From contig QPMI01000437.1 of assembly GCA_004431415.1 (NCBI GenBank), forward strand, positions 248,001-312,000: a DNA stretch of 64,000 bases. The letters run 5' to 3'. Positions 37,001 to 49,361 of this stretch are shown here, one piece after another; within the stretch, counting starts at the first letter, position 1; each line of letters starts with the position of its first letter. This DNA is from Cyanophora paradoxa CCMP329. Lineage: Eukaryota; Plantae; Glaucophyta. The notes beneath the pieces are model-generated. The model made no database searches and was not told where the DNA came from. It saw nothing but the letters and a program-made list of their open reading frames with translations. A program made the position numbers and the translations under genes.

Positions 37001-37358
37001 GTCCAATTTCTAGCAGGGACGTTCTCCAGGACGCCGTGACGGTCCTATAGCTATAGCTAGCGCATTGCGACCTTATTCTAATTAAGCTTCTGCAGGCATT
37101 CCAATGGGCTCCCGCGACCGGCTCAAGTACTCTTACGTACACTGCAAGCGTTCCAGACTTGCGCAGCGCCGCGACAGCCGTTCCTGCGGTGCGACGCCAT
37201 CGCATATATAGGATATATACGTACACAACCGCATTTGCGCAACGCGCTGATCATGAGGTCGTCCGATTTTGGCGCAGACCCACTTTTTAGTCAGCTTCCT
37301 AGGCCTGCTCGGCTTCTTCGCGGCCACGCGCCTGGCGGCACACCCGGACAAGTACTAA
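34062..37358 (+). CDS. Multi-exon secreted/cell-surface protein with a (Ser-Pro)n stalk and C-terminal hydrophobic segment; possibly decaying
   Basis: Signal peptide-like MHTAHFLRGLCVALALAVAFA, beta-rich exons, an (SP)n tract at ~35533-35690 and terminal HFLVSFLGLLGFFAATRLAAHPDKY*. GC is lower than in the flanking genes. Possible frameshift near 36940. Confidence 0.55.
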
Positions 37359-38117
37359 TGAATATACCAGTCTGAAAGCCCTGGAGGACCTTTTAGGCCA
37401 TGTATACGTAGCTGTAGGCCTCTTTCGTCGTGTTTCATCATGATCATCTTTTGAGTAGCTACGGTTTTTCGAGATAATACCGGCTCGACAGGTGGATCCG
37501 GACCACGTTCGCGAGCTGTATCGCTGTGCTATATATTACAAATAAATCCGGCCGTGGCCTGGCGCTCGACGCTCGTCCGTTGCCGTTACAGGGCGCAATA
37601 CGGATACCAGGGGCGATCGCCTGTACCCGGCCCCGGCCGCGGCCCCCCGCCCACCGGCCCCCCGCTCACCAGATGGTGTACCCCCTGGAGTCCCTCGTCG
37701 CGAACGAAGTGCAGGGGCAGACATTCCGAAGTTCCATACTAAGTTATAACTTATTACTTAAGACGCAAGCGGACACTTGCGAAAAAAATCGGGTTAACAC
37801 GGCCGGCTGAGCTTGCAGTTTCGATTCAGTTCCCCGTTTTGTCGCACCCAATATGAACCCTCATGTGCGAACACGTCGAGTGTCGACATCGGCGTAGACC
37901 CGAGTCACCCGACCTCACCCCGACAGCTGCCGCAGCCAGAGTAACCGGTATAACGTTGTAACCGGTATGCCGCAGTGCCACCGTTAACGTTGTCACGGCG
38001 TGCGGCGCGAGGCCGCGCGACTCGCGGACCAGAGTCGCGGTGCGCGCGCGCCGGCGGTGGCGCGCGGACCGGACCCGGACCGTCGGACTTCCGTAAAACA
38101 CATAAACACCGCGCCCA

Positions 38118-38345
38118 CTTAATTACCGCGGTACCAAAATTACCGCGCCAAAAGTTTGTAAAAACGCGGTAATTTGGTACCGCGGTAATTACCTGCTGAG
38201 AAGTCTTTTTTTTGATGAATTACCGGCCACAGTCTCTAGACACTGCTGAGAAGTCGCCCCATACACATTACCCCCCAAAATAACCGCCTCATAGAAACCT
38301 TCAATTTTAAAACGCGGTAATTTGGTACGTATACCGCGGTAATTT
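38118..38345. mobile_element. Cluster of direct and inverted (A)TTACCGCG motifs; DNA-transposon end or MITE-like; related inverted copy at 46497-46725
   Basis: taccgcggtaccaaa(a)ttaccgcgcc..tttgtaaaaac.cggtaatttggtaccgcggtaa is shared in reverse complement between the two sites. Confidence 0.6.
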
Positions 38346-39291
38346 ATTTCTGATTGCGATCATCGGATATCGATCGACGAACGTAGTTCCCCAAAACGAC
38401 GTCGTTCCCCAAAACGCTAGATTTTGACATCGTTTGCAAACGGAGACTACGTGGCGGATTATCCGCGGATGACGTCGACGGAACTTGGCGGATATGGCGG
38501 ATAGTAGTAACGGAAAGTAACGGAAAGTAACGGAAAGAAACTACCCGGGGTAGTGACTTGTACTGCAGTGCAGGGCAGCGCATGCGCATGCGCAGTGCAT
38601 GCGGCAGCTGCAGCTGCAGTTTCTGTACATGTGCGCATGCACAGTGCACGCGTACGTGGCTAGCGCTAGCAAAGGCGCTAGCGCTTGTCGTAAAGGAGCA
38701 CATCAGCAGCTGCATGCGGAGTCAACGCAGCCTCCGGATCCTGATCATCTCGAAGGCTAATCGAAGACGCAGCTTTAAGCTGAGGAAAATTATTCTTTTG
38801 CCTCATGATCATGCATGATCAGTGCCCTAGGCCTGCAGCTACAGCTGAAAAAGTCTAGATCTGGCATTTTTCAGAGATACTGTGCGCAATTCGGCGATCG
38901 CGAACCCCCCGTGTACAGCTAGAGCTGCCCGCCACGATTTAATATTAATGTTGCAAACAGCAGCTTTTGCAATGTTGCAAACAGCAGCAGCTGGATCCAG
39001 AGTTCGCAAGGTTACTAACTATAAGTTATAGATTACTCGCGAGATTAGTTTGCGATTCATTGTTGAAGGCACTGCGGCACGTGCACCGAGACCAACTTAT
39101 ATTTGATTACCCAGCAAATGCATCGACTCGGCGATGTCAGAAAACATCAGAACGATTATTAAATGGGGGGGTGCGGGGGGGCTTGCCCCCCTGCTTGTTA
39201 CTAGTACTAGTGCTTCCCCAGGTACGTATACGCCGGCGCCTGGCAGATCGAGATAAGATAAATTGGGCGCCTGGCAGAGGAGTTTCACATC

Positions 39292-39351
39292 GAGAGATAA
39301 ATTGGGCGATGTGAAACTCCTAGTAGTTGTTGTTGTGTGCTAATGCAAATC
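39292..39351. repeat. 60-bp dispersed module, copy 2, forming a 15-bp perfect hairpin with 39278-39292
   Basis: aggagtttcacatcg (39278-39292) pairs with cgatgtgaaactcct (39307-39321), followed by AG to give CTAG. Confidence 0.9.
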
Positions 39352-39919
39352 GTCAGGTCCCCGACCCCTGCAAAACCCGGGCCGCGCGGTACTACCTGAA
39401 AGCGCATCCCCAGGGGACCCCGAAACCATGTCTCTCGATCCCGTCCGACCAAAGGGTGATCCAGGAACAGGCACCAACACCCGGGACAAAAATGGGTCCA
39501 GCTACGCACAGGGAGCAGATATACGGGCCAGATCTAGATCGAGACCAGTTCGAGGTCGTTGCGCGCATCAAATCCGACATTCCGTACTGCAAGAGCGAGG
39601 CCGGGCGCGAGCGCGGTCGCGTGGGAGGACGCCGCGCGCTCTAGCCAATCACATTGGAGAGTGCGTTAACTTACCCTGCAGCTGAGGAAAGTCTTTTTAC
39701 GGACCCCCCCGGCAGCTTTCCCCCAGGCACTGCGGCAGGCACATGGCTAAGCCTAACGTTAACGCAGCGCCGCGCGTGCGCGGCCGGCCACGCCTCTCGT
39801 GCGCGCGGCAGTTTGCTGTGGCTCACGCCTCTCGCGCGCGGTCACGCCTCTCGTGCGCGAGGCAGTTTGCTGTGGCTCAGCTGCATGCGCAGCCTGGCAG
39901 CGGCTAGCCGCGCCAGCCG

Positions 39920-41245
39920 TGCACGCTTCACCCGCGCCACTGGGCCGGCTCCGCCTTGGACCCCCCGGCCCCGGCCCCGGCCTCGCCGGGCGCCGGGGCG
40001 CCCCCCGCCAGGGACCGCTGGACGAGGGCTCGCAGGGCGCGCTGCATCTCCCTGCGAACGAAGAGGAAGGAGCTCGTACCCGTCCCGTACGAAGAAGAAG
40101 CTCGAAGGAGTCCGAGAGGGGGCGGGGGCGGGGCGCACGAGGGGAGGATGGGCGCGTCGAGGACCTCGATCGCGGTGAAGACCGAGGCCGGCAGCTCCTC
40201 CCTGCGAACGAAGGGGCTGAGCTGAGCGGATAGATGGGGGTACAGGTTAGGGGGCACGAGAGGGCGGACGGCTTGGGGGAGGAGGAGGCGGCGGCGGGGC
40301 CGGTCTCCTCAATAACGCAGGAGACGAGGAGGAGGGCGACGTAGGGCGCCCCCGCCGGGCGCGGCGCCCCGCCCCGCCGGCCGCAGCGCCGCCGTGATCG
40401 CCGCGGCAGCGCGCACCGCGTCGCGCCGCCCGAGGGCCAGCACGAAGAGGGGCCCCGGCCCGCGGCCGGGACGCCCCTCTGCTGCCCCTTCGACAACGAC
40501 GCGGGCGAGGAGTGCGGAGAGCTCGAAGGCGGGGGAGGGGGCGGCGCCTAGCCAGGCGGAGAGGTAGGAGGAGGCGGCGGCGGCCGAGCAGGCAAACTCG
40601 GGGCAGACGACGGGGAAGACCTGGCGCGGAGTTAAGCAAGGCAGAACAGATTAGATTCTTCAATGCTTGTGTTCTTGGAGCAGATTAGATTTATGTGTTC
40701 TTAGATTAGGCCCGGCGAGGTGCTAGCTATAGGCGACGAGATCTCATCTATAACTCTTCTTGTTCTTAGAACAGATCAGATTATTGTATTAAATCTTAGT
40801 CAGAGCGGGGAGAGGGCGGGCACCTCGCGGCCCTCAGTGGCGGAGCTCGAGGCGGAGAGGCGGCGCGAGGCCGGCGGCCGCGGCGCCGACTCGTCGCCCT
40901 CCTGCGCCCCGCGGCGCGGGGTAAGCAATCAAGCAGGCAGCTGCAGGCGGCCTAGTCCTAGGCCTAGGGCGGGGCCTAGCAGGCTGGCCCAGCTTACAGA
41001 GCCAGCCAGCCAACTGGGCCAAGCTTAGAAAGTGTGCTCGATCAAGCTCTCTAGCACCGGGAGGCCGAGGACCGATTGCAGGCGCTAGCCGGCTGGCTGC
41101 CTGGCTGGCCGTCCCTACCTAGTCGGCGCTGGCTTCCAAGCCGTCAAGGAAGCTTTCAAGCACCTGGAGGCCGAGGGCGATCACGGCGTGGAAGGTCAAG
41201 CCGGCGCCCTCGACGCTCTCCACCCCCACGCTCCCCTCTGCAGGC
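39920..41245 (-). pseudogene. Hybrid histidine kinase remnant (end of HATPase_c plus linker exons)
   Basis: EGSVGVESVEGAGLTFHAVIAL matches the G2-distal HATPase_c motif. Exon REMQRALRALVQR..GSKAEP (39945-40055) is paralogous to 52205-52315. Confidence 0.55.
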
Positions 41246-42542
41246 GGGGAGGGGGCGGGTCGGACGGAAGCGGAGGGGGAGGAGAAAAGCGAGGTAGAGC
41301 TGCTGGTGCAGAAAAGCAAGGCACAGCTGCTGGTCCGGACCGCAGAAAAGCGAGGCAGAGCTGCTGGTCCGGACCGCATCACAGTCCGACAGTCCGACAG
41401 TCACAGAGCTCAAATGGGCCCCAAAATTCTTAAGCTTCATGCACCCTCAGGGCCTCGAGCTCCACTTGGCAATCGCAACCTCAAAACTCGAGCTCGCGAT
41501 TAAGAAATATTGGCCGCGCGCGGATCCAGTCTCCACGACATGCATCAGTGACCGTGCACGTCAGCCTATTATGAGCTGGAGGATTGCGCCCCTTCGTTTT
41601 GATTTTTTTCGGACAGACTCAAGCTTGGTATCGGTTCGGTTCGGCCCGATTAAACTATGGGGAGCGATTGGCAAGAGACCGACGCGCTGAACACGTGCTA
41701 GTACGCATCTTAATGCATGTCTAATGCTCAGTCTCTCGCGGACGCGGTACAAAAGTTTCCTAGATGTATGGCCATAAAAAGGCGACGAGGAAAAGGTCAG
41801 TTTCGCGGCGAGCTAGCCGAGCTAGCAGTGCGATCGACCGGCGTCTTATTGCTCCAGCGGTCGAGCCCGGGAAGGGAAGATTGGGGGAGCGGGGGGGCTT
41901 GGGCGGGGGGGCCTGTCGAGCGCTGTCCGACAGCGCTGTCGAGGACTGAAGAGGGGGCCGGGGAGCAGCGACCTCCGAGGCCAACTTTCGCGCGGCGAGG
42001 TTCTGGCGGGAGACCAAAATGTTTCAAGTTTTTCATCTCGGCTGATCTAAAATGCACTTCGTAATTCCTACGTGCCCGGTCTCGCGCAAGTCACTCGCTG
42101 TGCTCCGCTTTATTTAATTTCGGCTGGACTGGTATGGCAAATGTTTCGGAGCGCGTATTATAAGATACGTATATACGTGTGTGTATATACACACACGTAT
42201 ATTCGGAGGCAAATGTTTCGGAGCGCGGATTATAAGATGTATTATAAGATCGAGGGGCCTTCGGCCCGCCCCCGCCCGCTCCCTCCGCCCCCGGGCCCGC
42301 CCGCTCCGCCCGCCCCCGCCCCGGGACCCGTCCCTTTCGGCATCACATGATCATGCCGCCGAACCTCGGAGATCTAGATCGCGCATAGTTCTGACCCAGC
42401 TGCAGGGCCGTGACGTCGCATAGTCTAGGCCTAGGTTTCGCGCTAGAGCTTGAATGCGCGATGTCGGACTCAAGCTTGGTAAATTTTTCGGAGCGCGTAT
42501 TATAAGATACGTATATATATATATATATATACAAGACGGGCG

Positions 42543-44716
42543 AGGATGGGGGGTACGGAAAATTTACGGTAGCGCGACGATTACGGCGGCGCAGCGGGCC
42601 AGGTTTCCCACCCGTGGGTTCCTGATAACGCTGCGTGTCAAGCTGCTCGGAAAGTCGCGCGCCAGCTCCACCCGACCCCCGTAGCCAGAACGCGCTAGAT
42701 AGACCAGCCGGGCGTGCACGGACAGCCGACACGAGCACATCATCACCAATCGCAACCGCCGAAGTCGGTAGCCCGCCCCCGGAGCGCCAGGCAGCCCCGC
42801 CAACCTCGCCGCGTCATCTTTTTTGAATTCCACGGACCCCCGGACCCCACCTGCGCCCTGCGCGGAGCGCAAAGCAATCGCCCTGCCTCTCCCGATAGAC
42901 GATAAGAGCTCTTAAGCAACTGAACTGCCGCCCAGTCCCCGCGCATTGCGCCCCGATGCTGACACTCACTCACTGCCTGTCACACCGCAGACATGAGCCG
43001 ATCATCCACGGACGACACACCGGATGTCGCCGCCATGCCCGGCGAACGACGTAGACCGTGCTTGCGCGACGCTCGCCGGCGCCCAGGCCCCGCGGGCCCA
43101 CGCCCCCGCCCCCTTTCCCCCGGACTGGGCCCAAAGGGCGCCCACCTGGACTCCTCCCCCCCCGAGGCCGGTACAGAAGCGTGTACGCTCGGACCCCCTG
43201 CCCCCCCGTCCGCAGTCCGAGCCAGACGAGGCCCGCCCGGACCCGGCCTTCAAGCCGGCCCCTGCCCTCCCGCTTCAGCGCCCCGCCCCCGCCCTCCGGC
43301 TCCAGCGCCCCGCCCCGCCCTCCGGCTCCAGCGCCCCGCCCCCGCCCTCCGGCTCCAGCGCCCCGCCCCGCCCCCAGCTCCAGCGCCCGCCCCCCCCCAG
43401 CTCCAGCGCCCCGCCCCGCCCCCCAGCTCCAGCGCCCCGCCCCGCCCTCCGGCTCCAGCGCCCCGCCCCCGCCCCCCAGCTCCAGCGCCCCGCCCCCGCC
43501 CCCAGCTCCAGCGCCCCGCCCCCGCCCTCCGGCTCCAGCGCCCCGCCCCCGCCCTCCGGCTCCAGCGCCCCGCCCCCGCCCTCCGGCTCCAGCGCCCCGC
43601 CCCCGCCCTCCGGCTCCAGCGCCCCGCCCCCGCCCTCCGGCTCCAGCGCCCCGCCCCCGCCCCCCAGCTCCAGCGCCCCGCCCCCGCCCCCCAGCTCCAG
43701 CGCCCCGCCCCCGCCCTCCGGCTCCAGCGCCCCGCCCCCGCCCTCCGGCTCCAGCGCCCCGCCCCCGCCCCCCAGCTCCAGCGCCCCGCCCCCGCCCCCA
43801 GCTCCAGCGCCCCGCCCCCGCCCTCCGGCTCCAGCGCCCCGCCCCCGCCCCCCAGCTCCAGCGCCCCGCCCCCGCCCCCAGCTCCAGCGCCCGCCCCCGC
43901 CTCCGGCTCCAGCGCCCCGCCCCCGCCCCCAGCTCCAGCGCCCCGCCCCCGCCTCCGGCTCCAGCGCCCCGCCCCGCCACCCCTCTAAGTGCCCCGCCGC
44001 CCTAGCGCCCCGCCGCTCCCTCGCGCCCTTCCCCCGTCGCCCCAGCGCCCCGCCGCCCCCCAGTGCCCTTCCCACGTCACCCCTCTCAGCGCCCCGCCGC
44101 CCTAGTGCCCCGCTGCTCCCCCGTGCCCTTCCCCCGTCGCCCCCGGCGCCCTCCGCCCCCAGCGCCCTTCCGCCGCCGCTTCCCCAGGGCCCCGCCCCAG
44201 TGCTCCTCCACCCCTTAGCCCCCCGCCCTTTGCCCCGGCCCCCAGCGCCCCGCCCCGCCGCCCCCAGCGCCCCGCCCCCGCCGCCCTCTAGCGCCCTGCC
44301 CCGACCCTCGGCGCCCCGCCCCGCTCCCGGCCCGTCACCCTCCCCGCCCGCCCCGCCCCGCCCGCCCCCAGCTCCCCGACCCCAGCGCCTCACCCCGCCA
44401 CCCTCCAGCGCTCCGTGTACCCCACTCCCTGCCCTTCTCCCCCTCCCTACGCCTCGCCCCCCGCCGACCCCCAGCACCCCGTGCGCCTCGCCTCCCCCCT
44501 CCCCCCCTCTCTTCCACAGGGCCAAGGACACCAACGCATCAGGCCCTCCTAAAGCTGTAGATCGATAGCTCACAGCTAGGATAAGATAGCAGGACGTCTT
44601 CCTTCTATGCCGCAGAGCATTTGCGCTAGCCTAGGCGCCCCCCCGGTCGACGTCACCGACGGGGCGGCGGTTGTTGTCCTTAATACGAACATTGCCCGGT
44701 TGGGCTTTTGCAAAAA
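42543..44716 (+). mobile_element. Non-LTR retroposed insertion (family C) with a 16-bp TSD and short A-tail
   Basis: atatacaagacgggcg at 42527-42542 and 44717-44732. Ends in gcttttgcaaaaaa. The empty site is visible in the right IR arm (~49576-49591). Confidence 0.88.
43275..43978. repeat. GC-rich minisatellite, ~21-27 bp unit (gctccagcgccccgcccccgccctccg), >25 copies
   Basis: Directly visible array inside the family C insertion. Confidence 0.93.
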
Positions 44717-44953
44717 ATATACAAGACGGGCGTCAGCGCTAGCGGCAGTAGGCCCGATTACGAGCCTTCGGGATCGTCCTTTACAGAGGGAATTCGAAAA
44801 TTATTATGATCAGGACCCATGGCATGTGCATTTCGATTCTAGATCTGCGGCCGCGGCGAGTCGCAATTAGAACTTCGGAACAGCGTTCCCATTCAAGCAC
44901 TACGCGTACGTGCAATTGACATTGCGTACCATGTATACGTAGATCAAAGCGGC

Positions 44954-46040
44954 TTAAGCATCCTCGACGTAGAGAGTGGCCTGGCTGGCCTCTGCAGCGA
45001 TGTCGGCGAGCTCCGCGTCAAAGTCGGCGTCGATGTCGTCGTCGGCGAACAAGAACCCGTCCATATCCTCCTCTGGCATGGCCTACTCGCGATCGGATCG
45101 GGATTCGAAATCAGGTGCGAGTCATTCGCACGGACGCGATATATCTTGATTGCGACTGGCGAGCTATAGCTGTATAGCTACAGCAAGCCGCTGAGATTCT
45201 AGATCTGCATGCGCACCTGGGTCTCCGAGTCCAGCTGTAAGGCAGTACTTGCTTGGTTCAGCTTGTACTTCTCGAAGCCGCTGCGCATATGCATGCAGAT
45301 TAATATATATTCAGATCTAGATCTTGTCATTGAACTGCGGGGAGAGAATCGAATTCTGAGAGAATCACACACGCACTAGTCGTTGAACTGCGGAGAAAAC
45401 GAGCGGGAAGAAGCAGTGTACATGTATCAAGGCAACTGTCACGAATATATATATATATATATATATATTGGGAAGCTCACGAATCCTTTCGACAGTTCCC
45501 AGCAGGTATCAATCAACTTGTTTGGCTGGTGTGGGGCATTGGTGAGTTTCAGGATGTAGCCATTCTCGCACGATGTTTTTGTCCCGTTTGGCAGTGTCTT
45601 TGGCTTGCAGAGCTCTGCGCAACAACGCTAGCATTAGTATACGCGAACCAGACGTCTCTGAAACAAGTTCGGGAGAACGCACCTATTGATTCCGTGGTAC
45701 TATATTCGAAGCACATGCTTGAGAGAGAAGTCTTCATTATGTTGGGGAGCGTCCACCACTTTCCATGTGGACTTGACCCAATGGTTACGTCGAAAAGCTT
45801 TCCCTGGCACTGCGCCCTGTCAAGCGGCCGCGGGCTGCAAAGTTAACGGCGACGAACGAAAACTCGACTCACGTCGGCGTTCTCGAAAAATTGGACTACA
45901 GATAGCCCGTTGTTGTCCGTTACGTCAGAAACACATTTGGCGTCGTATTTAGGCTTCATGACAGCTCCCCCCTGGTAGGTATATAGGACGTTCTTCACAT
46001 ACTTTTCCGGGTTTTGGAGCGCATATTGAGCCATCCTGGA
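44954..46040 (-). CDS. Unknown Cys-containing protein, paralogue L (5' end not resolved)
   Basis: Exons: ..VQFFENAD | CQGKLF..KWWTLPNIMKTSLSSMCFEYSTTESI | ELCKPKTLPNGTKTSCENGYILKLTN..IDTCWELSKGF | FNDY (11-nt microexon) | GFEKYKLNQASTALQLDSETQ | LYSYSSPVAIKIYR | AMPEED..YVEDA*. All are phase-compatible. Confidence 0.7.
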
Positions 46041-47428
46041 CCTGCAGCTGTGCGCGCAGAAATGTAGGCACCCGTCAGCTGCAGCACAAGTTGCGCATCG
46101 ATATCGATGTTATGATTAGCGACTCGGCGCAGGTTTCTTAAGCTTCCGATGTCAGCGCACGCATATGCATGTGCGCACCTGCCGTTGAAAGCTCAGCGGC
46201 TGCACTGCAGCTGACCCGCCTGCTGTGAAGGCTGCAGCTACCGGTGCCGCAGACTGGCCAGTGGTCACTACTAGGCTAGTCACTACGATACTACAAGGCT
46301 ATGATATTGGACCTCACTGGGCGCAGCCCTAGTCGTGAGTCTCGTGAGTCGTGATCATCCCATGCCATATGCATGATGCATGATTTCGATGATCATGAGT
46401 CGTGGCTCGTACGTGATCGTGCCACGCGCGCCGCACGGCGAGTCGTGAATCGTGAATCGTGACTCGACGGTGAGTCGGACTACTGGAGAACTAGAAATAT
46501 TTAGTACCGCCGGGCACTAAATTACCGCGGCATAAATTACCGCGTTTTAAAACCCGGCCTGCCATAGAACAAAATACCGCGGTATCAATTAAATTACCGC
46601 GTTTTAAAAAACTTATAGGGGGTACTGTATATGGAGCAACTTAGCAGCTGGTTTTTACCGCGGTACCAAATTACCGTGTTTTTACAAATTCTCGGCGCGG
46701 TAATTTGGTACCGCGGTACTAGTAATGTGTTCTACGGTACTAGTGGGCTGCATGTTTATAGTACTAAAAAGTTTTTTGGCTATTTATATTTATAGCGCTA
46801 GCATGGCGAGCTTTTCGAACATTAGTACTATTTCGCGTTAAGTAGTACTAGTAGGCTAGCCTAGTAGTAGCCTAGTAGTAGCCTACCATCACCTCTTTGG
46901 AGTAGGCTGCGAGTCTGTGTATTTTTGGACAGGTACTTCCGACATGATCATAAGCACCGACAGCGGCGCCGGCTAGCCGGGCTACTACTAGCCTACTAGG
47001 CTAGCCTAGTACTACTCAGTGACTGTAGGAATCACAGTAGGATTGCTTTTTTAGCCGATGCTTTAAATTGCCGTATATTGCCGAGAGGCCGCATGCAATC
47101 GGCAATTTTAAGACACGGTAGGGCCAAACAGCCGTTTTTGTTTGGCTCTGACATTGGCTCAATAGAAATTCAGAGTTTCGGCAAAATATCGCCATGGCAA
47201 CTTGGCAATGCCGGTTTTGCCAAGTTGGTCCAATTCGGCAATTTAACTAGTCGAGTACGCGGCAATCATTGAATGATCATGAGTCCCCCAATTGCAAGTT
47301 TGCAACTTGGCATTGTTGGCAATGACACGCTGTGTCAGCCTGTGTGTCAGTGTGACACGCCGGCACTAGTACTAGTACTGCCGCGGCAGCATGCAGTAGG
47401 ACTGTAGGAGTCTGTTACCGTCTGTAAA

Positions 47429-47671
47429 CTGTAAAACATGCAATATCCAGCGTCACGTTATTTCGGCAAAACCCGAAAAATGCGCCGAAATTGTGGTTCG
47501 TCAGCATCATATTTTCGGTAACACAGCCAGTCCGCCTAGGCGGCGGGTACATTGTTCCCTCTTCGGGCGAATTCTGCCATACATCTGCACAATTCTGGCA
47601 GATTCAAATATTCGGCGTCGCGAGGCTTAACGCCGAATATTAAGTGCCGCCGGAGATTTCATGTTTTACAG
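47429..47671. mobile_element. MITE-like element with imperfect ~20-bp TIRs
   Basis: ctgtaaaacatgcaatatcc ... ggagatttcatgttttacag. Non-coding interior with repeated ttcggc/gccgaa motifs. No clear TSD. Confidence 0.5.
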
Positions 47672-48398
47672 TATACGTACTGACTCTGCACTGAGTCTGC
47701 AGCCAGTACTACGGTAGGACCCTACCGTATAATACAATAATATGACGGGCACTTTACTATTTCGGTACCAAATTATGTCGCTTCGGACGCGAAACAACGA
47801 CATAATTTGGGACCATCATAGTAGGGCACGCTCAGTGGTACCCCATCAAATTTACCGTCCCATACAAGCCTGAAAATTATATGACGACATGATTTGGGGC
47901 CGTCAAGAGAAGGGTCAAGTTGTTTTACGACATATATGCATATAAATATCATAGTAAATTTTAAATATGTCCGCAATATTTTTGTGTTACACGGCCGTGG
48001 GGCGGCGTGGCCCATTGGGCCCGTGACGTCGACCGCGGCCGGTGGTCCGTACTACTCCGTAGTAGCTTACTATAGTAGAGTCCGTACGCGTAGTCGCAGA
48101 CTCGCCGAGTCGCACAGACTCAGAGACTCGCAGCACTCACTGAGTCAGTGACTGTCGCACTGTCACAGGCTGTCGCAGTGCTGAGCCTCGGAGAGTCCTA
48201 GTCACCGAGTAACTTAGTAACTTAGTAACGGGCCGGATCATCGGATCGTTGGAAGTCGATCGATATATATCGTGGCCGGACTGCAGCTGAGCAGCCTGTC
48301 ATTTTTGAAGGTGCGCGCAGAAAAGCCGTTCATGATCAGCGCCAGCGCGGCCGCGGCTAGCGCTGCCGCGCGCAGTGCCGCGCACTGCATGTGAGCAG

Positions 48399-49361
48399 CA
48401 TCTCAGTGTCTGAATACGGGTGCCAATGCCCAGAGTTTTCACGAATGGCCTCCGCCAGATTCTTCACGGATGCCGACGTGAGTTATCCCAACTTTTCTTG
48501 TTCAGTCAGCGCGTGGGACTCTTGCTCAGTCAGCGCGCGCAGCAAAAAGGGACGCAGGAGGTTTACCAGGATCAGGAGAAAGGATGGACCGATCTCAGCG
48601 ATTCTCTCAAGAAAAACGTGAGCTCCTTCTGTGCAGGCGCGAAGGACAAAATCAGTGCGTTAGCGCCCGCCGTCATCATGCGTGCAAGCTGTTGTCTGAT
48701 CCGGATCCGTCGATTCCGCAGCTCTTTGCAAACCTGCCTACGTCGGCAAACGCACCATAGTTGATGGTCGGGGCAACCAGACGGTGGAGGATATCTGGAC
48801 AGCTTGCGAGGACGGGATAACCAAGGCTCTTGAAAACACACGTACAGGGTGGCTGTCGCAAAAGTGCGAAAACCTGACAGGCTCGGTGCGCACCCCGAGC
48901 TCGAGGGCCCTGGGGCCTTCACAGCTCGCGATTGACGATCTCCCTGATACAAATGCATGCCATTTAATCCAGGACAACGATTCGTACGTCTTCGTTTACA
49001 TTTGCCCATCTTGAGCCACTTGTTCATCGTTCAAATCACTGAATTGTCTCAGGTACGTAAAGTTCAAGATTGAACAAATTCAGCTGCTGGACTCGGAGAC
49101 CCAGGTGCAGATCTAGAATCTCAGCGGCTTGCTGTAGCTATACAGCTATAGCTCGCCAGTCGCAATCAAGATATATCGCGTCCGTGCGAATGACTCGCAC
49201 CTGATTTCGAATCCCGATCCGATCGCGAGTAGGCCATGCCAGAGGAGGATATGGACGGGTTCTTGTTCGCCGACGACGACATCGACGCCGACTTTGACGC
49301 GGAGCTCGCCGACATCGCTGCAGAGGCCAGCCAGGCCACTCTCTACGTCGAGGATGCTTAA
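48399..49361 (+). CDS. Unknown Cys-containing protein, paralogue R (5' end not resolved)
   Basis: Exons: ..ARFFTDAD | QKGTQ..KGWTDLSDSLKKNVSSFCAGAKDKI | TLCKPAY..WTACEDGITKALEN..LSQKCENLTGS | LAIDD..QDNDS | YVKFKIEQIQLLDSETQ, then the same last two exons as paralogue L. Stop at 49359-49361. Confidence 0.7.

Noticed and set aside
42970-44573. Several 300-500 aa Pro/Gly-rich ORFs on both strands
   Set aside because: They are open only because the GC minisatellite lacks stop codons, and they lie inside a TSD-flanked insertion.
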